64,000 bases of DNA, from positions 1-64,000 of IMG/VR virus record IMGVR_UViG_3300037067_005096, one strand, 5' to 3'. The stretch comes from a virus (taxonomy: Duplodnaviria > Caudoviricetes). The position numbers were made by a program, and so were the translations under genes. The notes under the pieces are model-generated. The model saw nothing but the letters and a program-made list of their open reading frames with translations, searched no databases and had not been told where the DNA came from. Shown one piece after another: positions 37,301-46,228 of this stretch; the stretch's first letter is position 1; each line of letters opens with the position of its first letter.

Positions 37301-38353
37301 CATTATGTAAGGGATGGCTGGAGACCGCACAATGGCTTCCAACGCTTTGAAGATGGACATGAACATATTGGAAAGCGTCTCAGCAAACTTCTCTGCATCA
37401 GTTCCCGAAAGAGCCTCACCAAGTTCTTCCAGTGCCGGACTGATGTTCTTCATGAACTTTCCACCGACCTTAGACCAGAAGATGTCGAACTTGGATTCGA
37501 GGGTAGACATGATACCTTCGATAGACTTACCAAAACTCTGTTGAATCTCCGGGGACATAAAGCCTTTCATCTTGTTCTGCAGGAAGTCGTAAAGCTCTTG
37601 CCCAGACCGTGTGGAAACATCTACATTGGAAACACCCAACGCACGTCCAATAGTAGACCTACCAACGTTGACACCACCACCCATCAAAAGACGAGCCGCA
37701 TTTGCAATCTGTTCTCCCCGTAGACCGAGAGTCTTAGCTACAACCGCAGCACTTTCAGATAGGTTCAGGATTTGTGTAGGAGCAAGGCCCTTTCTTGCAC
37801 CAGCCGCCAGAGATGATTGGAAAGCTCCCAACTGTTCTTGGTAAACCAAGATGTTTCGAGCCTGGCGTTGTATGATGTCGAGATTGAATCGTTGCGCTTG
37901 CTGTGTGGCGAACTGGAATGCTTCCGGCCCACTTACTTCTCGACCGGATGTGCCAGTTATCTTATAGGCAGATTGAAGAGTCGCAGCAATAGCGATTTGG
38001 GCAGTTTGGAATTCTCTCGCTTTTTCGATAGAGCGTGTAAACGCCCGTTCAAGCAACGCAAAGCCTCCCAAAGTTGCACCAATACCCAGGGCACTATTGA
38101 ATAGGCCGGACATCTTGTCCAGAGACGCATTAAGGCGACCACTCACACCAACCATGCGTTCCATGTGAGTGGTCGCCTGACCAAGTTTCGCCATTCGACC
38201 GAGAGCAAATTCTGCTCCAGTACCGAAGCCAGACCCCACTGTAGCCAGGCGAGTGCCCATACGCCGGACAGCAGAATCAATCATACTCTCCGCTTGGCCT
38301 AGACCGGCACGTAATCCAGCATTATCTACGCCTGTATCTACAATGATAGCCAT
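34379..38353 (-). CDS. Tape measure protein
   Basis: 1324 aa, Ala/Gly/Gln-rich helical, follows tail tube and chaperones. Confidence 0.88.
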   Translation of the reverse strand: MAIIVDTGVDNAGLRAGLGQAESMIDSAVRRMGTRLATVGSGFGTGAEFALGRMAKLGQATTHMERMVGVSGRLNASLDKMSGLFNSALGIGATLGGFALLERAFTRSIEKAREFQTAQIAIAATLQSAYKITGTSGREVSGPEAFQFATQQAQRFNLDIIQRQARNILVYQEQLGAFQSSLAAGARKGLAPTQILNLSESAAVVAKTLGLRGEQIANAARLLMGGGVNVGRSTIGRALGVSNVDVSTRSGQELYDFLQNKMKGFMSPEIQQSFGKSIEGIMSTLESKFDIFWSKVGGKFMKNISPALEELGEALSGTDAEKFAETLSNMFMSIFKALEAIVRSPAIPYIMKFVEFLANYGDKIIIGAVLLKLVGILGSASGQVLGFASTLDKLAATALETTRAIDATTASIERNAAAAGTAGGGGMLGGVPAAARIGGKMAAGEAALATTWVLSENQQAAVRKLMQAGKVEQAQNLAQGFYSQRLRTGALGGMPQFQALSEAEKARIVMGAEGNIARQELGGFLGMAAMGTMAGGAGEAAAAGTWSQRNLPTFTSWGSKLAPWGAKALKGGMYGMLAGTGIELASSSLGLNKSPMGAGITNALSYGVGGAIMGSTIAPGIGTAIGGAAGVLVGVFKSLGDAGRKAADEFEAAAAALRETREKFPAGAKMSDLKQQERQIRQSMKTGKIANLDEQGITKATPGISWIPIPLWGIDKATTTGAIPGEIEDPRGQKALQHDLRENLKAQKELKEQGNLKFEADRKVSSAQEELQFWQSASKALDMSYGRGAMMRRPEVAAQLQLAELKQMYTGGQLRPVDTDLVKRWQDMQAGMEKLAKASEARGGKTLTGTAAEQEEAERDRLKKEQQNIMDAQYNRLRRQIQERPKDQQEAMKLELQQRAAALDLRPVAGEYIKGRLSIQQQMLGQKELLGPDYEKTLKQALANFDALFNKPLRKIENDIQNLSLGVDSENVLDAARLAFRAVREKIRQAVHVFHSMSKAMGEKLLAQREEQFQAIQMKEAYVAPRRLGQIPTAQSEIAQMEASRLSTMAGAMRTPQTMGAYNLIAQLEGERRSQRWTPEQFQQFQTQSIQQAKQDIFRNWQAQTLAAQQFRLEEQARPIQEQMAHMALPQARLNVEQAQYQTEMYNASLNPRNARMMERAARIVGRGEERLSLGEAESLVRKGIDLQRKSLAMAEKKAQMDEQLAEIADKNIDVLSKQNDLAAAIKWEDLAKVVDDSTAALQALTDYAKGIVGDVTTPDAKKKGKPATSTTEPGKEGGKGSELPPINIAISGGATITEKDIDQWMPKIREKLCRLAAQSGGRG

Positions 38354-38358
38354 TGTTG

Positions 38359-38727
38359 CTACGTCCTCATAACCCTAACAGGCAAGCCCATTCCCGCTAA
38401 TTGCGAGACTCCGGCTTCTGTTGTGGCATCTATCGTGCCTGACGGAAGTGGAGAAGTCTCTACCTCATCAGTTTCACCTTCTTTCTTGAATGAGGCCATA
38501 GGATTTGTTATGACACTCACTTCGATGTCCCAGACTTTGCGTTCCCAGTAGCGTTCCCATAGACAAGCAACCTGCCGGTAAGTCAAGCTGCGGACATATT
38601 CAATCGTCCATCCCCGCTCTGTAAGAGCCTCTACGATACTGGCATAGTCGGTTTCGGGGACTCGGATTCGTCTTTCTCCGCTTCCGATAACATCTGTCGG
38701 ATGGTCGGAAGCATGAACCAGTTTCCC
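38359..38727 (-). CDS. Tail assembly chaperone GT extension (-1 frameshift frame)
   Basis: -1 frame open from slippery G GGA AAC (38721-38727) through ...GWTIEYVRSLTYRQV... Confidence 0.6.
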   Translation of the reverse strand, partial: GKLVHASDHPTDVIGSGERRIRVPETDYASIVEALTERGWTIEYVRSLTYRQVACLWERYWERKVWDIEVSVITNPMASFKKEGETDEVETSPLPSGTIDATTEAGVSQLAGMGLPVRVMRT

Positions 38728-39134
38728 CCTGATGCCGTTATCTCATCGAGATGGTTGAGTTGTAGGAACATATCAACCAGTGCGATGAGACCCCCAGCAC
38801 CCAGCTTGAGGTTCTTATAGAACTTCTCGTCCTTTGCTCCTCTGCTGGACTTTGCCAGGTACTTGAACAGAAGAGCTTCCTGGTCAGCAGAAACCTTCTT
38901 GAAAGGTATACGCTCTGTGACCTTCTGCATAACCCCTTCGACTTCTTTCTCGACTTCTTGGACAAAGTTTCTGTCCATAGCCTCTGAAACGAAATCAACC
39001 AGGTCGGGCCGGGATAACTCCCACTGCCTAACGGTTTCTGGCTCTCCACCTGTTACTTCCGTAGGGAATGTAACATCTACAAAGTCAGGAACCAGGGCTG
39101 AGTCATCCCATTTGAACTTCTTCGTGTCGCTCAT
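38631..39134 (-). CDS. Tail assembly chaperone (G-like)
   Basis: Between major tail protein and tape measure. Confidence 0.7.
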   Translation of the reverse strand: MSDTKKFKWDDSALVPDFVDVTFPTEVTGGEPETVRQWELSRPDLVDFVSEAMDRNFVQEVEKEVEGVMQKVTERIPFKKVSADQEALLFKYLAKSSRGAKDEKFYKNLKLGAGGLIALVDMFLQLNHLDEITASGGNWFMLPTIRQMLSEAEKDESESPKPTMPVS

Positions 39135-39233
39135 TTGATGCCTCCTAAAAAGAGTGAACCGGCGTCAGAAATCAATCTGATGCCGGTTCCATTCTACCAT
39201 AAAACAGAATGCTCGCGCAAGCTATTTCTCGCT

Positions 39234-39833
39234 TTACTGCTCGATGAACAGTTGGTAGTACTGTTCGCCAGCGTCTTTGGTTGTGTCGGCAAGCAAGCGG
39301 AACTGACACTGGTACAAGTTCCAGTCGGTTTCCCGGAACGGAAGAGTCAATTCGCCCATCGGAGAGGCTTTGTAGCCCTCGAAGACGTGTCTCTTGCCAC
39401 TGGCCTTGCGGTGAGTGAACCGAAGTCCTACGTATGCATGGGTAGGGATTCCACCAAACTTGAGTAGGTCACCGCTTACCACGTCTGTTAGACCGGTTTG
39501 CAGTGTTCCACTCAGGGCTTGGCTAGACCCATCCAAGAACGTGGGAATAGTGCCGCTGGTGATAGCAGCCTGGCCCAAAGCCATCTTCAGTGAAGCCACT
39601 GTAAGCTCAGCCAACGTAGCTGTGACCACTACCCTCTCACGAATGACTTCCTGGAGAATGGTGACCAACGGTCGGCCACTCTCGAAGTCAAGCACTTCCC
39701 TTGTGTGTGCAATCGTAAGTTCGGTTTTGATAGCACCTACGTCCACGTACGCGTCGAACACGTCATTGGTGTAAGTGCCCAGTTCCAGGTTGCCGAGGCC
39801 CAAGCTGATGTTGTTTTTGTTGACTATGGGCAT
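39234..39833 (-). CDS. Major tail (tube) protein
   Basis: NISLGLG.LE.G...DVG...V.ATLAELTV..L..ALG tube-like pattern; synteny. Confidence 0.75.
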   Translation of the reverse strand: MPIVNKNNISLGLGNLELGTYTNDVFDAYVDVGAIKTELTIAHTREVLDFESGRPLVTILQEVIRERVVVTATLAELTVASLKMALGQAAITSGTIPTFLDGSSQALSGTLQTGLTDVVSGDLLKFGGIPTHAYVGLRFTHRKASGKRHVFEGYKASPMGELTLPFRETDWNLYQCQFRLLADTTKDAGEQYYQLFIEQ

Positions 39834-39921
39834 TTCTCGTATTCCTCCTACGAAAGACTCGGTGTGCCTAACATTAGCTTACTACATTCGGGCCTCGATT
39901 ACCTGTCCACATTGAGGAATT

Positions 39922-40335
39922 TTATGTAGCATCGCCCACTTCTACATCAAATTCGAGACTACTTTCCCAGTGGTTGAGGTCTTTGTCGTGGAATGGCACA
40001 GTTGGCCCGCCCGCATTGAAGCATTTATAGACGATGATGTTGCCATCAGCATACGTAAAGAGATGAAGAAGGTTCTGGACGATGGTCTGCATCTCGTAAG
40101 TGTCAATGAATTGCTGAGACTGGATTTGAACGTAGAGCTTTACAGAGTCAACATTCAATCCTACATCCGTGCTCTGCACTTCATACGAGAGAGTGATGAG
40201 AGGATATTCGGGGTCTTTGACTTGTGGCAAGTACTGACGATACACCCGCTTCTTTGTGATACCTTTAGCGGTCAGAGCGTCGTTTGACACCAGAGTATCT
40301 TGAACCTTGTCGATGAATAGAGGTACTTGTGCCAT
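39922..40335 (-). CDS. Tail terminator/completion protein
   Basis: RVY...LPQ....YPLITL; synteny. Confidence 0.6.
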   Translation of the reverse strand: MAQVPLFIDKVQDTLVSNDALTAKGITKKRVYRQYLPQVKDPEYPLITLSYEVQSTDVGLNVDSVKLYVQIQSQQFIDTYEMQTIVQNLLHLFTYADGNIIVYKCFNAGGPTVPFHDKDLNHWESSLEFDVEVGDAT

Positions 40336-40811
40336 TATACTTTCACCCGTAACCGGATTCTCCGTTCAAGTGCAGCGATTGCCGGAGCCGTTACCTTGAA
40401 TATCTCTGTCCGAAGATGCTTTGTCCACGGTCTGCCTTTCATGCGGTCAGTTCCGCTAAGCAGCCAGTTACCCAATGCTTTTTCACCCCGACTGTAGACT
40501 GTGATACTGATTCGGTCTTTGCCAAGCAGTAGAGGCCCACGAAGCACTAAACTCTCGAAGAATCCACCACTTTGTCGGTTAATGACACCAGCCGGTAGTC
40601 CTCCAGGTCGTCCAGGGCCATTTACCTTGTATGGATGACCTATTTTTCGCAAGTCAGTCAGACTGAAATACTGTGTACCGACATTCCTTTCCAACACCTC
40701 TCGGATAGGTTCTTTCAGACGTGCCAATGCTTCCATCTCCAGCCGGGTAACCTGCTGCACGATTTTCTCAACCGGTAGTTTTGTCCATCTTACTCGTATT
40801 GTCGGTTTCAT
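40335..40811 (-). CDS. Head-tail completion protein (HK97 gp10-like)
   Basis: Basic; GTDRMKGRPW motif; start placed at ATG 40811 because the upstream extension is the tRNA. Confidence 0.6.
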   Translation of the reverse strand: MKPTIRVRWTKLPVEKIVQQVTRLEMEALARLKEPIREVLERNVGTQYFSLTDLRKIGHPYKVNGPGRPGGLPAGVINRQSGGFFESLVLRGPLLLGKDRISITVYSRGEKALGNWLLSGTDRMKGRPWTKHLRTEIFKVTAPAIAALERRIRLRVKV

Positions 40812-40819
40812 AGTTGAAA

Positions 40820-40896
40820 TGGTCGGGACAGCAAGACTCGAACTTGGGACCCCTGGTTCCCAAGACCAGTGCTCTTCCAAACTGAGCTACGCCCCG
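40820..40896 (-). tRNA. tRNA-Pro (TGG)
   Basis: 77-nt cloverleaf CGGGGCG...CT-TGG-GA...TTCGAGT...ACCA; one T-stem mismatch. Confidence 0.9.
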
Positions 40897-40903
40897 ATGT
40901 TTA

Positions 40904-41359
40904 CTACAGGATTCTTGCTTTGATGGCAAGCTGCCGAACTGTAGGGTCGGTTCTCGGTGGAGCTTGAAATCGGGATTTCACTCGGTCAATCTTGAGCTTA
41001 CCGATACCAGCCTGTTCCGTTGCCTCAAATATCAACCACGGTTCTCCATTGAGTATCACGTGGTCATTTGGTTCCAGATTGTACAGAGCCGGTATGATGA
41101 GCCAGTCGGTATTCATGCGAATGATACCAACATCTTTCTCATACCACCGCTCTACAGTGGAGACAAAGAATGCGGGCACTTCTTCCGCTAGACGAACCCA
41201 GGTCTCGACCTGCTTATCTGCATAGTCATCTGCCTGGCTAATAACGGTAGGACGCCAGAAATCGACGTGTACGGACAAAGAAGGCCATTGTAGGGCCAGT
41301 GCGTCCAGTATTTCCAAGACTCTATCCCGGAATATAGCTTCTTTTGACCCTGGTTCCAT
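40904..41359 (-). CDS. Head closure/adaptor protein
   Basis: Synteny; L.PND.VI.NGE.W.I pattern. Confidence 0.55.
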   Translation of the reverse strand: MEPGSKEAIFRDRVLEILDALALQWPSLSVHVDFWRPTVISQADDYADKQVETWVRLAEEVPAFFVSTVERWYEKDVGIIRMNTDWLIIPALYNLEPNDHVILNGEPWLIFEATEQAGIGKLKIDRVKSRFQAPPRTDPTVRQLAIKARIL

Positions 41360-41362
41360 ACC

Positions 41363-42106
41363 TTAACTCCGCATCACGGTTCCACCAGGCCCCGCTTGGG
41401 TATTGATGGCCCTATCGTAGTATCGTTTCGCCTTTGATTCCCAATATCTCATCGCGTCTTTGCTGTCAGCAAAGTTGAGTAGGTCTACTCCGGCAGTGGT
41501 AGCATACAGATTTGCCAGAGCATCTGCCGTATAGTATTCTGCCCACTGGTAGAACCAGTCTGAGATAGCGTCGTTGATGTCAGTCAACTGCACTTTGGTC
41601 GTCATCTCGACCATAACCTGTGCATTATCTTGTTGTGGCACAGGGAAAATACGCAACACTGACGTTGTGCCTCCGCAAATGCCAATCAAATCCCAACCCT
41701 GAGACCCGAACTGCTGCTTCCAAGCATCGAGTTTCTGGCGAAGGAGCATCATCTGGCTTGGCTGATGGAAGAATGAGCCGGTGAATATGACCATCTGTGC
41801 AAGCATAATCCAGCCTGGTGAATAGATATTCAGGCTAGACCAGTCTCCACCCGGAGACCATATCACATCAAGAATGTCTATGGCTCCGGCGCATATCCCG
41901 GCTGTTGTAGCATCTTCAGGGTCAAAGACGTAGTAGTCACTGACCTGTTGTTTCGCCTGGAACGATACGAACTTGTGGATAGGCGAATATCGGGTCAGTT
42001 CTCGAAGAGTAGCGTTGATGATACCCTGATAGTCGTCTTCTGTCAGGATTTTCGGAAACTTACGCTGCTCCAATTCTGCTTTTACGTCTGCTACAGTTAT
42101 AGCCAT
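41363..42106 (-). CDS. Head-tail connector (neck) protein
   Basis: Synteny; LRIFPVP motif typical of neck proteins. Confidence 0.6.
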   Translation of the reverse strand: MAITVADVKAELEQRKFPKILTEDDYQGIINATLRELTRYSPIHKFVSFQAKQQVSDYYVFDPEDATTAGICAGAIDILDVIWSPGGDWSSLNIYSPGWIMLAQMVIFTGSFFHQPSQMMLLRQKLDAWKQQFGSQGWDLIGICGGTTSVLRIFPVPQQDNAQVMVEMTTKVQLTDINDAISDWFYQWAEYYTADALANLYATTAGVDLLNFADSKDAMRYWESKAKRYYDRAINTQAGPGGTVMRS

Positions 42107-42130
42107 AATGATGCTCCCTGCCGTTCAGTT

Positions 42131-42493
42131 CTAGTATGCTTCGTCTACGAAGCCCCATTGGATAGCGACCGCCTTCGCTTGTGCCTTTGCCATCTCGAAT
42201 GGGTCTGTGCCGGTCAGCAGGAGAAGAAGGACTTGCAACCACGAAATGTTCTTCAGCAACCACGCCAACTGTTTGAAGAAGTTGCTTGGAACTGAGTCCA
42301 CCGATTGCGATGGTAGAAACGCCTTGATGACCGTCAGATACGTGGTAATCACAGTCTGAATGTCGGCCAGAAGCAAGGCAGCGTTGGTTGTGTCTCCTGC
42401 CTGAATCAACGAGTTCACCTTCTTGATAGCTGCGACCAGCCACTTGATGATGTCGTTGACTGCATTACCGAGATTTGTACCGATGTTTGCCAT
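42131..42493 (-). CDS. Hypothetical helical/hydrophobic protein
   Basis: GGAGG RBS before ATG 42493. Confidence 0.55.
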   Translation of the reverse strand: MANIGTNLGNAVNDIIKWLVAAIKKVNSLIQAGDTTNAALLLADIQTVITTYLTVIKAFLPSQSVDSVPSNFFKQLAWLLKNISWLQVLLLLLTGTDPFEMAKAQAKAVAIQWGFVDEAY

Positions 42494-42519
42494 GTGAATG
42501 CACCTCCATTTCATTATAC

Positions 42520-42732
42520 TCAATCGAGTATCTGGTTGGGCGTCTTTTCTGGACAATTCCGAATCCACAGTGGACAAAACCCTTCATCTCCTTCATATAT
42601 CAGAGGGAGGCTAGTGGTTTTTAGCTGGTCAATCATCTCATCACCAAATCCATCATAAGATTCTGGTGGGATGTTGACTTTCATACCGTAGATTGCCGGG
42701 GCTTTGCCCCTGTTAAAGACGTGTTTTCCCAT
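42520..42732 (-). CDS. Small hypothetical protein, probably leaderless
   Basis: TG-G-TATAAT 6 nt upstream of ATG 42732. Confidence 0.5.
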   Translation of the reverse strand: MGKHVFNRGKAPAIYGMKVNIPPESYDGFGDEMIDQLKTTSLPLIYEGDEGFCPLWIRNCPEKTPNQILD

Positions 42733-42748
42733 AGCATCATTATACCAC

Positions 42749-42789
42749 AAAAAGAGGAAGCCCCCTAAGTATTTTTAGGAGGCTTCCCC
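42749..42789 (-). terminator. Terminator after the capsid gene
   Basis: ggaagcctcctaa...ttagggggcttcc followed by tcTTTTT. Confidence 0.8.
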
Positions 42790-42815
42790 GTAGCACTTTC
42801 TCTGTCTTGTTCAGA

Positions 42816-45800
42816 CTAGAGAACTACGCCCGTTGAGCTATCAACGTCGATGTAGCCCATAGCATCGGAAACCACGACCTTCTTTGCGGCCCTTGAAACG
42901 ATGCCCTGCTTCTGGCTGAAGTCAGCCGGGTCAGTCAGCATCGGGGTCACGTAGTCGGTATAAGGTGCCCAGATGTAAGGCGTATCAGACCACTCAGTTC
43001 CCTTGCGGATACCGAGAATCTTGCTGCCGTTGGTCGTGCCTGTTCCCCAGAAGTTGGTCTTGAGCACGCGGTACTTGGAACCATTCGGTGTTGCGATGTT
43101 CCCGAAGAACGTAGTTCCGGGGAACTGCTCCATAACCGCTGCATCGACGCCCTCTGCACCAGAGAATGTGAACACGCCTCTCATGGACTTCGCCATTGCG
43201 AGTGCAGCATCCACACCGGCAACGATGTGAGTCATCGGGCCGTTCCTCTTGCTGAAGATGGCATTGTCGAGCTTCTGCAGGTAAACCCACAGGTACTCAT
43301 CCCAGTCTTTCTGGTTATCGAAGCCAGACGAAGGCTTTGTGGTTCCGAAAGTCAGAGCGGCAGCACTAGCTTGCGCCAGCATGTCGTCCAAGACTTCCTT
43401 GTTCCACTCAAGAGCCATCTCACGTGCGATACCACCCAGGAGTTCCTGTGCAGCATCCAGACCGTGGTATGCCCTCAAGTCTTGCATCTCTTCGATAGAC
43501 CAGGCTGCTCCCAACTTCTTGGTGTGCGCAGACACCAGGACGCTGGACAGTCTCAGTCTGATTAGGTTAGCCGCTGCGCCTTCCGTTGCGTTGTCAGCGT
43601 AAGACGAGTTGAACGGGTTCGCACTCGTGTTGAGGTCAACACGAAGCTCACTCGGACTTTCGTTCGCCCGCCAGTGGTCTAGGAAGAAGAGCTTCCCTTC
43701 CGGTCTGTCCATCGGCTGAATCGAGCAAATCTCGTTCATGATGTACATTGGGTACACCCTTCGGATGAGCGGGAAGATGAGATAGTTGCTCAACGGAGCA
43801 CCAGTTCCCGGATAGGTCGCAGACCCGTCACCGATAACGGTAGAACCGTCAGCAAGACTCTGGGTCAGGATGTCCTGTGCCCTCTCAATCTTACCTTGCT
43901 CAAGAGCCAGCAAGCCCAGAGCCGCATCCCGTCCGTTGAAGGAACCTGCTTGCTCGCGGGCAATGTTAATCATCAACCGCTTGCAGGCTTCTTTCGGACT
44001 GCGGAAATGGTTCGGAATCTTGCTGTTCTGCAGACCCTCTTGACCCGGATAGTGGTCAGGCAGGTCTTGTACCAATCTGTCGAACAACTCGCCCACCGTC
44101 TTGGGGGCACGTTCCTCGTCAGTCTGCTTCACGAAGAAGGTCGGCTGGTACGTGTCCGACTGTACGACTTCCTTTGCGCTTTCCAGCGGGAAGACGCTCT
44201 GGAGGTGCGGCAGAAGGGTCTCGCTCGTAGTAATCAGAGCTTCCAGCGTCTCACAACCTTCAAGGGCCTGCTTGTAAGCCTTCAGCCCCAGGTCGGAAAG
44301 CTGAGCCTGGTCAACGAGTGCGCCCCTAGTCTGCTTCAGTTCAGTGATGGCCCGGATTTCCGCAGCCTTTGCCTGAACATCGGATTGTGTGGTTTCTTTT
44401 GTTTTGTCCACGGTTTCTTCTGCTCCTTGTGTAGGATTAGGGTCGCTTTGGTACTCGACGCTCTTCACGCCGCTACCTGTGGATGCCCCCCTCCACACTG
44501 CGTCGATAGCAGTGCAAATGAAGTCATCCTGCATAACGGGTCGCTCGACTCCCCGCCAATCTTGGTTCTTGAAGGTTCCATATCCCCGTGAGGACATATC
44601 GACCTGCACTCCGGCTTCGAGCAAAGCCTGGAGGTTCTTTCCGTAAGGCTCGGTCGGCACAACGGTCGCCTCGAACCATACGTCTGCTCCCTGGAGCCAG
44701 AACTTATCCCACTTGATTGCGGTGTCCACAAGTCCTTGTTCCTCGTCTGGATGCTCCAGTTTACCCAGGAACTTGCCCTGTTGCGCCAACTCGTTCATTC
44801 GCGGCAGGTTCTTCTCCCATACGGTTGAAGGATATACCTGACCCGCCTTATTCACGATGTCGCCGCGAGTTGCAATTCCCTGAATCTTCATGGTTTTCTT
44901 ACCATCAGAAGATTCAGCAGTCTTGACACTCTGGATGTAAGACATGCTCACATCAGCTAGGTCATAAGGAATACCCTGCACAACCGGTCTTGGGTCGTCC
45001 TGTCCCTTGTAAGGAGTAGGAGTGCCATCGGTTCCGGCAGGTTCACCCTTGTAACCAGGAGCTTCTTTGCCAAGTTCTGCTGTCACTTCAGCATCGGAAC
45101 TGCCATCAGCAGCCGCCTTACCGACACCTTCCTCATCGGAAAGTCCAGGCTCTTTCGTGCCTTCAGCTTCAGCAGAAGCGTCAGGAACAGAAGCTCCCGG
45201 AGTGCTGGCATCGGTCGTCTTCGCATTGGCTTTCGGGGTAACGCCAATTTGAGGAGGTGTGGCAGCAGCCGCAGTCCCGGAGATAGCGGTCTCGTCCGCT
45301 ACTTCATCTTGCTTTGCGACTTTGTTCTTGTCCATGCTTTGCTCCTCGTCTGTTCCAGGCATCGGATGGTCTCCCATCTCTGCCTCTTCGTCTTCATCGG
45401 AGTCGTCGTCTTCCATGCTAAGCTGTTCAATGACGAGCTTCACATCGACCCGTTCAACGTCTCCTTCGATGGAAACTTCTCCATCCAAGCTGGTTGCATA
45501 ACCAACTTTGTAATACTCGATTTCCGAACCGTAGTCTTCGCAGTAGAAGACAATACCATCGGAAAAGACTCCAAGAATCTGTGCCCAACGGTACTTGAAA
45601 TCATCTTCTTTGCGAGACCACTCCCTGAACTCGTGATGCACCTTTTCCAGATGCTCTTCAATCGAGCCATCCATCTTACCTGGGTAGGTAGCACAATACC
45701 ACTGTCGATTCAGAACCGTGTAGCAGTCCTCTCCTACCAAAGGAAGCAAGGTGTCGTGAGCTAGAGATTGCTTCTCGCTCTCGGAAATCTTGATTCCAAG

Positions 45801-46070
45801 TTTCTTCGCAGCCGCTCGAATCCTGCCTTTGATTGTCTTCAAGTCCCCCGAAGAATACTTTTTGGCATTCTTAGGCATATTGATATACGACCAAGCGGCT
45901 CTTACGTGTTTCTCGGAATCCAATGGGTACTTCTTGTTCGTCGGGTCAGCGAACTTGACATCCCCATACTCCTTCTCACCTGCTTTTGGTGAGACATCTT
46001 TGCGCTTCGCTATCTGCAGAACTTTCGACCGCAGAAGCTCAGCTTTTGGCTTTGCCAGGAGTAGGCTCAT
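42816..46070 (-). CDS. Capsid polyprotein: N-terminal domain, acidic linker, prohead protease, T4 gp23-like major capsid protein
   Basis: VNKAGQVYP, GKLEHP, MSSRGYG, IDAV (gp21-like protease); PLIRRVYP..I.SIQPM, KKLGAAWSIEEMQDLRAYHGLDA, WAPY (gp23-like). Confidence 0.9.
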   Translation of the reverse strand: MSLLLAKPKAELLRSKVLQIAKRKDVSPKAGEKEYGDVKFADPTNKKYPLDSEKHVRAAWSYINMPKNAKKYSSGDLKTIKGRIRAAAKKLGIKISESEKQSLAHDTLLPLVGEDCYTVLNRQWYCATYPGKMDGSIEEHLEKVHHEFREWSRKEDDFKYRWAQILGVFSDGIVFYCEDYGSEIEYYKVGYATSLDGEVSIEGDVERVDVKLVIEQLSMEDDDSDEDEEAEMGDHPMPGTDEEQSMDKNKVAKQDEVADETAISGTAAAATPPQIGVTPKANAKTTDASTPGASVPDASAEAEGTKEPGLSDEEGVGKAAADGSSDAEVTAELGKEAPGYKGEPAGTDGTPTPYKGQDDPRPVVQGIPYDLADVSMSYIQSVKTAESSDGKKTMKIQGIATRGDIVNKAGQVYPSTVWEKNLPRMNELAQQGKFLGKLEHPDEEQGLVDTAIKWDKFWLQGADVWFEATVVPTEPYGKNLQALLEAGVQVDMSSRGYGTFKNQDWRGVERPVMQDDFICTAIDAVWRGASTGSGVKSVEYQSDPNPTQGAEETVDKTKETTQSDVQAKAAEIRAITELKQTRGALVDQAQLSDLGLKAYKQALEGCETLEALITTSETLLPHLQSVFPLESAKEVVQSDTYQPTFFVKQTDEERAPKTVGELFDRLVQDLPDHYPGQEGLQNSKIPNHFRSPKEACKRLMINIAREQAGSFNGRDAALGLLALEQGKIERAQDILTQSLADGSTVIGDGSATYPGTGAPLSNYLIFPLIRRVYPMYIMNEICSIQPMDRPEGKLFFLDHWRANESPSELRVDLNTSANPFNSSYADNATEGAAANLIRLRLSSVLVSAHTKKLGAAWSIEEMQDLRAYHGLDAAQELLGGIAREMALEWNKEVLDDMLAQASAAALTFGTTKPSSGFDNQKDWDEYLWVYLQKLDNAIFSKRNGPMTHIVAGVDAALAMAKSMRGVFTFSGAEGVDAAVMEQFPGTTFFGNIATPNGSKYRVLKTNFWGTGTTNGSKILGIRKGTEWSDTPYIWAPYTDYVTPMLTDPADFSQKQGIVSRAAKKVVVSDAMGYIDVDSSTGVVL

Positions 46071-46168
46071 TTAGTCTGACCTCACACGTAAGTAATGTTG
46101 CTACTGATACTTTATCAGATAGGCAACTGAAAGGGGTGTCCACATTGAAAAATTATACCAAAAATGCA

Positions 46169-46206
46169 GAAGCCCCCGCCACTTTTCAGTGTGGCAGGGG
46201 CTTTTT
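46169..46206. terminator. Bidirectional terminator-like hairpin
   Basis: aagcccccgccac...gtggcaggggctttttg. Confidence 0.7.
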
Positions 46207-46228
46207 GGGGTAAAGTTGTGGGGTATTT

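Noticed and set aside
40811-40880. N-terminal extension of ORF 40335..40880
   Set aside because: It is the tRNA-Pro gene read in frame; the real start is probably ATG 40811.
43896-45764. Long + strand ORFs opposite the capsid gene
   Set aside because: Shadow ORFs from biased codon usage of a highly expressed gene.
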